Shown: one piece after another, positions 48,477-61,146 of the stretch
How positions within the stretch are numbered: the first letter of the stretch is position 1
Layout of the letters: each line of letters opens with the position of its first letter
From: an uncultured Actinomycetes bacterium
GTDB taxonomy: Bacteria > Actinomycetota > Thermoleophilia > UBA2241
Assembly: GCA_963755025.1 (NCBI GenBank)
Contig: CAVWIH010000037.1
Span: 1 to 64,000, forward strand
Direction: 5' to 3'
DNA length: 64,000 nt
Position numbers and translations under genes: made by a program
Notes under the pieces: generated by a model
Told to the model about the DNA's origin: nothing
The model's database searches: none
The model's input: the letters and a program-made list of their open reading frames with translations, nothing else

Positions 48477-49145
48477 TTACTCGCCGCCGAAGGCGTCGAG
48501 CTTGACGTCGTCGGCCACGGTGTAGGCCAGGTCCGTGCAGGCGGCGATGTCGTCGAGGCTGTAGCCCACGGCGACCTCTTCGAGCACCCAGCCCTTGTCG
48601 GGGAAGCGGCGCAGTACGGCGCGCTCGGTGATGATGACGTCGGCCTCTTTGGCGCCGGTCAGCGGGAACGTGCACTGCTTCATGAGCTTGGTGCTGCCGT
48701 CGCGGGCGCAGTGCTCGGTGACGATGTGGACGATCTTGGCGCCGGTCACGAGGTCCATGGCGCCGCCCATGCCGGCCAGCATGCCGCCGGGCACGATCCA
48801 GTTGGCGATGTTGCCCTCTTCGTCGACCTGCAGCGTGCCCAGGAAGGTGGCGTCGACATGGCCGCCGCGGATCATGGCGAACGAGGTCGCCGAGTCGAAG
48901 TAGCTGCCGCCGGCGATGAGGCTGATGGGCTGGTTGCCGGCGTTGGCGCGGTCGCGGTCTTCGCAACCGGGCTCTGGCGCGGGGCCGACCCCGATGCCGC
49001 CGTTCTCGGTCTGGAAGACGACGTCGACGCCCTCGGGCACGTAGTTGGCGATCATGGTGGGCAAGCCGATGCCCAAGTTGATGATCTGGCCGTCCTTGAG
49101 CTCGCCGGCGGCGCGCTGCGCGATGATCTGCTTTGGCTTGGCCAT
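48477..49145 (-). CDS. 3-oxoacid/acetate CoA-transferase subunit B
   Basis: NLGIGLPT, TENG catalytic Glu, MIRGGH, IANW and GMGGAMDL. Confidence 0.93.
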   Translation of the reverse strand: MAKPKQIIAQRAAGELKDGQIINLGIGLPTMIANYVPEGVDVVFQTENGGIGVGPAPEPGCEDRDRANAGNQPISLIAGGSYFDSATSFAMIRGGHVDATFLGTLQVDEEGNIANWIVPGGMLAGMGGAMDLVTGAKIVHIVTEHCARDGSTKLMKQCTFPLTGAKEADVIITERAVLRRFPDKGWVLEEVAVGYSLDDIAACTDLAYTVADDVKLDAFGGE

Positions 49146-49858
49146 CACTTGCTCCTTGTGGCCGACTCGTCGAGCGGCGTCTCGCGGACGGTGCAGTAGC
49201 TCACGTTGGCGCGCACCACGGCGTCGACGAAGATGCCCGAGGTGTGGATGGCCTCGGGGTCGAGCTCGCCCATGGTGTAGAGGTTCTCGACCTCGGCGAT
49301 GACGAAGTCGGCGCAGGTCGAGGCCGGCCCGTTGAAGTTGCGCGACGTGCCGCGGAAGATGAGGTTGCCCCAGGTGTCGCCGCGGTGGGCGCGCACCAGG
49401 GCGATGTCGCAGTGCACTGCGGGTACGAGGATGTAGGGTTTGCCGTCGACCTCGACTATCTGCTTGCCCTCTTCGGCGATGGTGCCTATGCCGGTCGGCG
49501 TGAGAAAGCCGCCCAGGCCGGCGCCGCCGCAGCGCAGCATCTCGGCGAGCGTGCCCTGCGGGGTGGCTTCGACTTCGAGGCGACCCTCGTTCATGGCCTT
49601 GGCGATGTCGGGCGTGGTGCCCACGTGGCTGGCGACGATCTTCTTGACCTTGCCCTGGTTGACGAGCTCGACCGTGCCGCGCTGGCCAAAGCCGGCGTCG
49701 TTCTCGTAGATGGTGAGGTCGCTCACGTCCATCGTCTTCAGGTAGTCGATGAGCGTCAGCGGGTCACCCTGGCCGATGAAGCCGCCGATGGCGATGCTCA
49801 TGCCGCTCTTTATGTGCGACATCGCCTCTTCGATAGGTAGGACCTTGTTCTTGGGCAC
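49145..49858 (-). CDS. 3-oxoacid/acetate CoA-transferase subunit A
   Basis: IAIGGF, PQGTLAE...GGAGLGGFLTPTGIGT, GNL...RNFN and IHTSGIFVD. Confidence 0.93.
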   Translation of the reverse strand: MPKNKVLPIEEAMSHIKSGMSIAIGGFIGQGDPLTLIDYLKTMDVSDLTIYENDAGFGQRGTVELVNQGKVKKIVASHVGTTPDIAKAMNEGRLEVEATPQGTLAEMLRCGGAGLGGFLTPTGIGTIAEEGKQIVEVDGKPYILVPAVHCDIALVRAHRGDTWGNLIFRGTSRNFNGPASTCADFVIAEVENLYTMGELDPEAIHTSGIFVDAVVRANVSYCTVRETPLDESATRSK

Positions 49859-50132
49859 CTTTCACTCCTCCGTCGCCGGGGACGTGTGCTGCGCAACGCA
49901 GGCGGGCCGCCGGCCCGCCTGCCAAAAGGCTACCATCGGCGTCGGCGGTTGTCGCGCCCGGGCGCGTCGCCGGCGCCAGGCGTTCGACTGGTGCGGCCGC
50001 GGGGCTCCGGCACGCGCCTCCCTGGCCACCTTGGGGCCGACGAGTACGCCGTACGGTCGCAGGCATTTTGAGGGCTGTTGGGCACCCTGTATACTCTCGC
50101 GATCATTCCGCACATCGATCCGGAGGTCGTTC

Positions 50133-51002
50133 GTGAGCGCAGCGAGTGGGCAGGCAAAGGTCGGCGTTATCGGTGGATCGGGCTTCTACGAGCTCCTCGA
50201 GGGCGCTCGCGAGGTCAAGCTCGACACGCCCTTCGGCCCGCCGAGCGACTCGTTCTTCGTGGGCGACCTGGGCGGCGTTCCCACCGCTTTTCTGCCGCGC
50301 CACGCGCGCGGCCACCGCATTCTGCCCTCCGAGGTCAACTACCGCGCGAACGTCTGGGGCATGAAGTCACTGGGCGTCGAGATGATCGTCTCGGCGAGCG
50401 CGGTGGGCAGCCTGCGCGAAGAGCTCAAGCCGCTCGACATCGTCGTGCCCGACCAGCTCTTCGACCGCACCAAGGGCCGTCCCAGCACCTTCTTCGGCGA
50501 CGGCGTCGTGGTGCACATGGGCTTCGCCGACCCCTTCTGCCCGCACGTCGCGGCGGCCATCGCCAAGGCCGGCCGCGAGGTGGGCGCGACCATCCACGAG
50601 GGCGGCACCTATGTGTGCATCGAAGGTCCTCAGTTCTCCACCCGGGCCGAGTCGCGCACCTACCGGCAGTGGGGCATGGACGTCATCGGCATGACCAACT
50701 TGCAAGAGGCCAAGCTGGCTCGCGAAGCCGAGATCTGCTACGCGACAATGGCGCTCGTCACCGATTATGACGTATGGTACGAAGGTGAGGAAGACGTCAC
50801 CCTCGAACAGGTGCTGTCCAACGTACGGCGCAACGTCGAGACGGCCCAGGCGATCGTCCGCCGGGTCGTGCCGGCGCTCGACCTGCAGGCCGACTGCCCG
50901 TGTCATCACGCCATCGAGACGGCCATCAACACGCCGGCCGACCTCATTCCCGCGGCGACCAAGACCAAGCTCGACCTGCTGATAGGCAGGTACGTGCGCT
51001 GA
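50133..51002 (+). CDS. mtnP: S-methyl-5'-thioadenosine phosphorylase
   Basis: GTG after GGAGG; [46 protein letters not shown] and VTDYD. Confidence 0.93.
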   Translation: MSAASGQAKVGVIGGSGFYELLEGAREVKLDTPFGPPSDSFFVGDLGGVPTAFLPRHARGHRILPSEVNYRANVWGMKSLGVEMIVSASAVGSLREELKPLDIVVPDQLFDRTKGRPSTFFGDGVVVHMGFADPFCPHVAAAIAKAGREVGATIHEGGTYVCIEGPQFSTRAESRTYRQWGMDVIGMTNLQEAKLAREAEICYATMALVTDYDVWYEGEEDVTLEQVLSNVRRNVETAQAIVRRVVPALDLQADCPCHHAIETAINTPADLIPAATKTKLDLLIGRYVR

Positions 51003-51183
51003 CTCCTCGCGGACGCGCGCGGCGGCGACGAGAAAGGACGGCGGTCCGACTCGACAAGCGAACGTGAGGCCCGAGAAGAACGGCACACCGCTGCGCGGGG
51101 CACCCGCGCCAGCGCCACTTGAGGGGGTTTCCTCGCCGCCGCTCGTGCACGGGTGGCGGCGAGATCGAAAGGAGTCGTGCGAG

Positions 51184-53310
51184 GTGGGTTCATTCGTATC
51201 CGGTAACGCGGTGTTGATAGCCGTTATCTGCGGCGTGGTGGCTGTTGTATATGGCGTCCTGCTCATTCGCTGGTTGCTGGCGCTGCCGGCGGGCGACGAA
51301 AAGATGCGCGAGGTGGCCGGCGCTGTGCAAGAGGGCGCCAAGGCCTACCTGGTCCGCCAATACCGCACCATCACGGCGGTGGGGGCGGTCGCCTTCGTCA
51401 TCCTCGGCGTCGCGCTCGGCGTCAAGCAGGGCTGGGGCCTGGGCTGGGAGACGGCCATCGGCTTTGCCGTCGGCGCCATCCTCTCGGCCGCCGCCGGCTT
51501 CATCGGCATGATGGTCAGCGTGCGCGTCAACGTGCGCACCGCCGAGGCCGCCAAACAGGGCCTCGGGCCGGCGCTCTCGGTCGCCTTTCGCGGCGGCTCG
51601 GTGACCGGCCTCATGGTCGTCGGCCTGGCGCTTTTGGGCGTCACCGGCTACTACTTCATCGGCACGCACCTGTGGGCCGACCACGCCGTGCGCGCCCTCA
51701 TAGGCCTGAGCTTCGGCGGCAGCCTCATCTCGGTCTTCGCCCGCGTGGGCGGCGGTATCTACACCAAGGCCGCCGACGTCGGCGCCGACCTCGTCGGCAA
51801 GGTCGAAGCCGGCATCCCCGAAGACGACCCGCGCAACCCGGCCGTGATCGCCGACAACGTGGGCGATAACGTGGGCGACTGCGCCGGCATGGCCGCCGAC
51901 CTCTTCGAGACCTACGCGGTGACCACCGTGGCCGCCATGCTCCTCGCCTACCTGTTCTGGCCGCACGCCGGATCGGCGGTCATCACCTACCCGCTGGTGC
52001 TGGGCGGCGTCTCTATCCTCGCCAGCGTCATCGGCACCTTCTTCGTGCGCCTCGGCAAGGGCGCCAAGCCGAACATCATGAACGCCCTCTACAAAGGTCT
52101 CGCGGTGGCCGCCGTGGTCGCCATCGCCCTGTTCTACCCGGTCACCACCTGGATGCTGGGCGCCGCCAGGTACCGCGTCGCCGGCATTCCCAGCGTGCCC
52201 CGCCTGTTCCTCTGCGCAGCCACCGGCATCATCGTGACCGCCCTCATCGTGGTCATCACCGAGTACTTCACCGCCACCCGCTACAGGCCAGTCAAGAGCA
52301 TCGCCAAGGCGAGCGTCACCGGCCACGCCACCAACATCATCCAGGGCCTTGCGGTCTCCATGCAGTCGACCGCGGCGCCGGTGCTGGTCATCGCCGGCGG
52401 CATCCTGGCGAGCTACGTCGCCGCCGGCGGCCTCACGGCCGGGGGCGGCAACGGCGGCCTCTACGGCATCGCCGTGGCGGTCGTGGCCATGCTCTCCATG
52501 ACCGGCATCATCGTCGCCATCGACGCCTACGGGCCGATCACCGACAACGCCGGCGGCATCGCCGAGATGGCCGACCTGCCCGAATCGGTGCGCGCCACCA
52601 CCGACCCGCTCGACGCGGTCGGCAACACCACCAAGGCCATGACCAAGGGCTACGCCATCGGCTCAGCCGGCTTTGCCGCCCTCATCCTGTTCGTCTCGTA
52701 CACCAACGACTTAAAGACGAACTTCGGCACGGGCGTGGTCGACCTCTTCCGCGTCAACTCGCCCTGGGTGCTGGTCGGCCTGCTCATCGGCGGCCTGCTG
52801 CCCTACCTGTTCGCCAGCCTGTGCATGCAGGCGGTGGGGCGCGCCGGTGGCAAGGTGGTCGAAGAGGTACGCCGCCAGTTCCGCGAGATCCCCGGCATCA
52901 TGAAGGGCACCGCCAAACCCGAGTACGGCCGGGCGGTCGACATCGTCACGCGGTCGGCCATACGCGAGATGATGCTGCCGGCGGCCATCCCGGTGCTCAC
53001 GCCGATCCTCGTGGCCGTCATCTTCTGGAACAAGGCCTACCTGGTGCTCGGCGGAGTGCTCATGGGGGCCATCATCACCGGCATCTTCCTGGCCATCTCC
53101 ATGACGAGCGGCGGCGGCGCCTGGGACAACGCCAAGAAGCTGATCGAAGACGGCGAGTACGGCGGCAAGGGCTCTCCGGCCCACGCCGCGGCGGTCACCG
53201 GCGACACGGTCGGCGATCCCTACAAAGACACGGCGGGCCCGGCGATCAACCCGATGATCAAGGTCATCAACATCGTCGCCCTGCTGGTCATACCGTTCCT
53301 CGTCCACTGA
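51184..53310 (+). CDS. hppA: Membrane-bound H+-translocating pyrophosphatase, K+-independent type
   Basis: [35 protein letters not shown] (Lys at the K+-dependence position), GGAWDNAKK and [11 protein letters not shown]. Start approximate. Confidence 0.95.
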   Translation: MGSFVSGNAVLIAVICGVVAVVYGVLLIRWLLALPAGDEKMREVAGAVQEGAKAYLVRQYRTITAVGAVAFVILGVALGVKQGWGLGWETAIGFAVGAILSAAAGFIGMMVSVRVNVRTAEAAKQGLGPALSVAFRGGSVTGLMVVGLALLGVTGYYFIGTHLWADHAVRALIGLSFGGSLISVFARVGGGIYTKAADVGADLVGKVEAGIPEDDPRNPAVIADNVGDNVGDCAGMAADLFETYAVTTVAAMLLAYLFWPHAGSAVITYPLVLGGVSILASVIGTFFVRLGKGAKPNIMNALYKGLAVAAVVAIALFYPVTTWMLGAARYRVAGIPSVPRLFLCAATGIIVTALIVVITEYFTATRYRPVKSIAKASVTGHATNIIQGLAVSMQSTAAPVLVIAGGILASYVAAGGLTAGGGNGGLYGIAVAVVAMLSMTGIIVAIDAYGPITDNAGGIAEMADLPESVRATTDPLDAVGNTTKAMTKGYAIGSAGFAALILFVSYTNDLKTNFGTGVVDLFRVNSPWVLVGLLIGGLLPYLFASLCMQAVGRAGGKVVEEVRRQFREIPGIMKGTAKPEYGRAVDIVTRSAIREMMLPAAIPVLTPILVAVIFWNKAYLVLGGVLMGAIITGIFLAISMTSGGGAWDNAKKLIEDGEYGGKGSPAHAAAVTGDTVGDPYKDTAGPAINPMIKVINIVALLVIPFLVH

Positions 53311-53322
53311 CGGCGCGCTTTA

Positions 53323-53365
53323 GGCGCGGGGAGCCTGCGGCCGCAGGCCGCAGGCTCCCCGCGCC
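53323..53365 (+). terminator. Hairpin after hppA
   Basis: GGCGCGGGGAGCCTGCGGCC-GCA-GGCCGCAGGCTCCCCGCGCC. Confidence 0.7.
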
Positions 53366-53470
53366 CGTCCGCCGGCGCGCCCTTCGGGCGTCTTTTCGGG
53401 CCGTCTCGCCATACCCCCCCACGAAGTGCTATCGTACCCAAGTTGCCCCGCCCCTCGGCGGGGCGTCGGT

Positions 53471-53629
53471 ATGAAGAGAGCACATCAGATACTGGCCGTC
53501 GTCTTCTTTGTGATCGGGACGGCGTTGATCGTGAGGGGGGTCACAGGTGGCTTTTGGCCCGTGTCTTTGCAGGCCCTGGCAGGGGTGCTCATGCTCGTCC
53601 TGGCAGTGCTGCGCTGGTGGTACGCGTAG
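53471..53629 (+). CDS. Small two-TM membrane protein (52 aa)
   Basis: MKRAHQILAVVFFVIGTALIV...LAGVLMLVLAVLRWW; first gene before the APC-USP transporter. Confidence 0.6.
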   Translation: MKRAHQILAVVFFVIGTALIVRGVTGGFWPVSLQALAGVLMLVLAVLRWWYA

Positions 53630-53693
53630 CGCGCGCAGCCTGACCATGTCGACCGAAGCGCCGGTTCGGGCGCTCCCGAGGTGAGGCGCTAAC

Positions 53694-55830
53694 ATGGCCC
53701 GCCGCAAGAAGCGCGAAGCGCACCTCCACAAGGTACTGGGCGTTCCCGCCCTGTTCAGCACGGCCTACGGCAACGTAGGGTCGTCTATCTACTACGCCCT
53801 GGGCGTCGTCGCCCTCTACGCCCTGGGCCTTACGCCGCTCGTCTTCGGCCTCACCGGCCTGCTCTTCGTGATGACCGCCTTCTCCTACGCCGAGGCGACC
53901 ACGATCTTCCCCGAGGCCGGCGGTTCGTCGAGCTTCGCGCGCCACACCTTCAACGAGTTCGTGAGCTTCGGCGCCGGCTGGGCGCTCATGCTCGACTACA
54001 TCATCACGATCGCCATCTCGGCGTTCTTCGTGCCCAACTACCTGGCCACGTTCTGGCCCATCCTCAAGACTTGGCCGTACAACTCGATCGGCGGCATCGC
54101 GGTCATCGTCTTCCTCGTGACCATCAACATCTTTGGCATCAAAGAGGCGGCTCGGCTCAACATCGTCCTGGCCATCGCCGACCTCTCCACCCAGGTGCTG
54201 CTGGCGGTCGTCGGGCTGTTCGTCTTTCTGTCGCCGCGCCTGCTGATTAACCAGATCCAGTTCGGCAAGGCGCCGACCATGCATCAGTTCATCTACGGCA
54301 TCTCGATCGGCACGGTGGCCTACACTGGCATCGAGACCATCTCGAACATGGCCGAGGAGTCGGCCAACCCGGGCCGCGACGTGCCCAAGGCGGTCAAGTT
54401 CGTGCTCGTCGCCGTGCTCGGGGTGTATCTGGCGATCTCAATGGTCGGGTTGTCGGCCATGCCCGTGCGCTCCAACGTAGTGCCGGTGAACCCCACGACG
54501 CACATGACGATCCCGCAGGCGATCGTGCCCGATCCGGGCAAGCTGGTGAAAGCGGGCCCGTGGCACTATGCCGCTCCGCCGTACGACAAGGTCTACATGC
54601 TGCCCAACACCGCCGGCACGGCCACGCTGTCGGTCAAGGCGACTGGCGCGATCTACAAGCAGAGCGGCCAGTACGTCACGAGGGTCTACGGCACGCAGCT
54701 CGCGACCGTCTACGAGGCCGATCCGCTGCAGGGCATCGTGCAGAACCTGCCCCACAGCCTCGCTTGGATGCGCATCATCCTGGCGCCCTGGATCGCCATG
54801 CTGGCGGCCACCATCCTGATCATCGGCACCAACGCCGGCATCATCGGCTCGTCGCGCCTCGCCTACTCCATGGCCAACCACAAGCAGCTGCCGCCGATCC
54901 TGTCGCCGCGTGCACCCGACGCGCTTCACGCCCTACGTCTCGATCATCCTGTTCGGCACGATCGCCTCGGCGCTCATCTTGCCTGGCCGGATCGGCTTGC
55001 TGGCCGACCTCTACGCTTTCGGCGCCATGATCTCGTTCACGGTGGCTCACGTCTGCGTGGTGGCGCTGCGCTATAAGGCGCCCGACATCGAGCGCCCCTG
55101 GAAGGCGCCGTTCAACGTGCGCATCGGCAAGGCCAAGGTGCCTCTTACGGCCGTGGTCGGCGGCATCGGCACAGCTACCGTGTGGGTGGTCGTCGTCCTG
55201 ACCCATGTCGACGGGCGCATCGTCGGCCTGTCGTGGATGGGGATCGGCTTCCTCATCTACATCGTCTATCGCAAGCGCAAGGGCTACTCGCTGACCAAGA
55301 CGGTCAAGTCGGTGCCGCTGCCCGAGTCGGTCTCCGAAGACATCGTCTACAACCAGCTCCTGGTGCCCATCATGGGCTCGCGCATCAGCGACGAGATGAT
55401 GGTGCTCGCCTGTCAGCTCGCCACCGAGAAGCAGTCGGCGGTCGACGCGCTCTACGTCATCGAGGTGCCCTTCAACCTGCCGCTCGACGCGCGCCTGCCC
55501 CAGGAGCGCGAGAAGGCCAAGGCGGTGCTCGAGCAGGCGGCCGTGGTCGCCGACCAGTTCGGCGTGCTCATGACGCCCATCATGGTGACCGCGCGCGCCG
55601 CCGGCCGAGCGATCGTCGACGAAGCCAAGGAGCGGCGCTCCGAGATCATCATACTGGGCGCCACCCGCAAGCGGCGCTTCACCGAACGCGCGCTGGGCAC
55701 CACTATCGACTACGTGCTGCAGCACGCGCCCTGCGAGGTGCTGATCAATCTGGTGCCGCTCGAGGGCGTCTACGTCGAAGAGGTCAAGCAGGTCGCGGCC
55801 GCTGCGGCGCAGCCGCCATCAGACGTTTGA
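53694..55830 (+). CDS. APC-family transporter fused to a universal stress protein domain (frameshift near 54905)
   Basis: AYGNVGSSIYYA, AGGSSSF, YTGIETIS, LIIGTNAG...SRL; next frame HPTRFTPY, LYAFGA; USP part LLVPI...IILGA...LGTTIDYVLQHAPCEV. Confidence 0.88.
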
Positions 55831-55953
55831 GCGAACCCCGGTTCGCAGTATGCTGCCCCCTGGAAAAACTGTAGGTAGCCCGGCCGCGCAGGCGGCCGGC
55901 GCGCCGCAACGACAAGGCGCCCTTCCGCGGGGCGCTTTTGTGAGGTGAGGGCC

Positions 55954-56361
55954 ATGTATGTCGTTATCGCAGGCTGTGGTCGGGTAGGGTCGAGCCTGGC
56001 CATAGCGCTCAGCCACGAGGGACACGACGTCTGCGTGATCGACGAGAGCCCCGAAGCGCTCTCGCTGCTCGGCGACGACTTCCCGGGCCAGTTCGTCATA
56101 GGCCAGGCGATCGACTGGACCACGCTGAACGAGGCGCGCCTGAGCGAAGCCGACGCCTACGTCACGGCGACCGACGGCGACAACACCAACATCGTCTCGG
56201 CGCAGATCGCCCACGAGCACTTCGGCGTGCGCTGCTGCGTGGCGCGCGTGTTCGACCCGCTGCGCGCCGACCTGTTCGAGCAGACCGGCATTCGCACCGT
56301 ATGTCCCACCAAAGACGCCCACGACCTGCTGCACGACGCCGTGCGCTCGTGCAGGCTGTAG
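55954..56361 (+). CDS. TrkA-N (RCK) domain potassium-uptake regulatory protein
   Basis: VIAGCGRVG, TDGDNTN and VARVFDP...VCPT. Confidence 0.9.
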   Translation: MYVVIAGCGRVGSSLAIALSHEGHDVCVIDESPEALSLLGDDFPGQFVIGQAIDWTTLNEARLSEADAYVTATDGDNTNIVSAQIAHEHFGVRCCVARVFDPLRADLFEQTGIRTVCPTKDAHDLLHDAVRSCRL

Positions 56362-56374
56362 GAGGCGAACCAGC

Positions 56375-57099
56375 ATGTTCATCGTCATCGTCGGCTGCGG
56401 CAAGGTAGGGGTCAACACCGCGCGCAGCCTGTTGCACATGGGCCACGAAGTCATCGTCATCGAGCAACGCAAGTCGCGCTACGACCTGCTGGTCGACGAG
56501 CTGGGCTCGAACCTCATGCTCGGCGACGGCACCGAGATCTGGGTGCTCGAAAAGGCGGGCATCGCGCGCGCCGACCTGGTCGTCTCGGTGACCGGCGACG
56601 ACGAAGACAACATCATCATCTCGCAGATCGCCAAGCTCAAGTACCAGGCGCCTAAGGTCGTGGCGCGCGTCAACAACCCGTTCAACCAGCCCACCTTCGA
56701 CGTGCTCGGCATCGACGCCACGATCTGCGCCGCCACCAACATGCTGCGCCTCATCATGCACGAGCTTCCCGCCCACAAGTTCGTGCCCCTGCTCAACTTC
56801 AAGCGCGAGAACATCGAGATCGTCGAGATCGAGGTGGGGGAGACCTCGCCGTTCGCCAACCGCGCGATCGCCGACATGCAGTTGCCCGAGGGCGTGCTCG
56901 TCTGGCCATCCTGCGTAACGGCAAGGCGCTGCTGCCCGACCACGCCGGCAAGATCGTCCCCGACGACTACCTGATCTGCCTGCTCGAGCCCGGTCGCACC
57001 AAGGAGCTCATCCACGCCTTCCTGCCCGAGGAGAACCCTGCAGAGGTGCAGAGCGAGGGCGAGATCGACGTGTTCGGCAGCGAGGCCCCGACCGACTGA
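56375..57099 (+). CDS. trkA: TrkA-family protein (RCK-N + RCK-C), frameshift near 56903
   Basis: IVGCGKVG, GDGT, TGDDEDN and VARVNNP; continues in another frame as AILRNGK...DDYLICL to TGA at 57097-57099. Confidence 0.85.
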
Positions 57100-57127
57100 G
57101 GTCCGCGCCCGAGGGGGCCAGCTGCCG

Positions 57128-57570
57128 TTGAGCCCCAGGCTTCCGCTGCTGCCCGACCGCCTGGGCGATGTCACTCTGCTCGTGGTCGACCGCGAGCCGA
57201 CCCCTGTCGTGTGCGTGCGCACCGCCGACGAGCCGGCCGCCATGACGCGCGGCTGGACCGCCCTCGAAGCGCGCACCGGCGCCCGGGGCCGGCGCTTCTA
57301 CGGCGTCTTCGACGCGGGCAGCGGTGAGTACCGCGTGTCGGCCCAGGTCAGAGAGGGCGACGACGCCGCCGCGCTTGGCCTCGAGCCGCGCCTGCTGCCC
57401 GGCGGGCGCTACCTGCGAGCCCGGCTGCGCGGCCAGCCTCCGGCCAGCTAGAGCGCATCGCCCCGACCTTCGCCGCGCTCGAGAAGCTCGTCGCCGTAGA
57501 TCGCGCTCGGCCCTACCTCGAGTTCTACCGGCGCCACGACCTAGTCGAGCTGTTCGTGCCGCTCTGCGAG
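57128..57570 (+). CDS. GyrI-like small-molecule-binding protein (frameshift near 57449; end approximate)
   Basis: WTALE...RGRRFYG, LPGGRYLRARL; next frame ERIAPTF...DRARPYLEFYRR...ELFVP. Confidence 0.65.
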
Positions 57571-57710
57571 CGTCGAGCTTGTGTTCGGCGGCGGACCGGG
57601 CCCCGAAGCGTCAGACTAGGGGGCGCGCGGCGCGGGCGTGGCGGCCCGGCTGTGCGGGTACGAGCCCTGCAACGGCACGGTCCCGGCCTTCGCGGCGGGG
57701 CCACTGGCGG

Positions 57711-57739
57711 TTGACCGCCGACTGCCGCGTCTTTACGAT
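57711..57739 (+). promoter_or_regulatory. sigma70 promoter of tRNA-Phe
   Basis: TTGACC-17 bp-TACGAT, ending 29 bp before the tRNA. Confidence 0.7.
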
Positions 57740-57768
57740 AGAGCGCGCTCTACGGAGCCCCAATCGGT

Positions 57769-57844
57769 GGCGAGGTAGCTCAGTTGGTAGAGCACATGAC
57801 TGAAAATCATGGTGTCGACAGTTCAATTCTGTCCCTCGCCACCA
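57769..57844 (+). tRNA. tRNA-Phe (anticodon GAA)
   Basis: GGCGAGG/CCTCGCC acceptor, GCTCAGTTGGTAGAGC D arm, CATGA-CTGAAAA-TCATG anticodon arm, TTCAA T loop, encoded CCA; 76 nt. Confidence 0.97.
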
Positions 57845-58503
57845 GCTCTTTCCCCTGCACAGTGCCGTGTTCTGCCGCGCCACAGTGACCCTCCAGCGCG
57901 TTCTTGCGCGCCTGAATCTTGCGAAATGTCGGCCGGCGGCCGACATGTTGCCGACATTGGCCCTCTGGCACTCAGAGAGTCGAGTCAGCCGGGTGCGCCG
58001 GCATCTGAGCCCTGCCAGTACGAAACGTTGTCGTTGGAGCCGATAGTGGCGAGGTCGGCAGGCGCGACCCAACAAGTAGCGCACGTCCGCCTCACGGCCG
58101 GGCGGCAGGACGCCCCGGGTGGCGATGGCGCGCAGACGCTGGGCCGCGGCGGGCGCCTCACCGGCGGCAAGCAGCCGCCCGGCCGCCCGCAGCTCGCTCT
58201 CGGCTCGACGCCGGTCTGCGGCTCCGCCACTTGCGCTCGATCCCGCGCACTTCTGGCTCTCCGGGACATGCCCCCATCATAGACTGGACTACACGCACCT
58301 AGCCGCCGTCGCGCGCAGTGGCGAGTGAGAAGCCAGGCCCCGTTGAAAGAACCCTCAGAGCGGCAGCCGGGAGCACGCAGGATCGGCCCTCTCCGTGAGC
58401 CTCATGGAATCCGTCCGGTCACATGAGTATGGTAGACATCATGCGATCCCGGCCGGCTGAGGCAGGAGTGGGCGGCTGCCGCTGGTTCGCGGAACTTCGG
58501 TAG

Positions 58504-61143
<2,640 letters not shown>

Positions 61144-61146
61144 CTC

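Noticed and set aside
53330-53693. c-di-AMP (ydaO) riboswitch upstream of the K+ module
   Set aside because: Conserved GCTGAA/GGGGxGAA/GTCAGCTAAC elements are not seen; the hairpin is explained as the hppA terminator.
57845-58310. ORFs between tRNA-Phe and cas3 as toxin or integrase genes
   Set aside because: No recognisable motifs or RBS, and low-complexity translations; treated as non-coding or remnant DNA.
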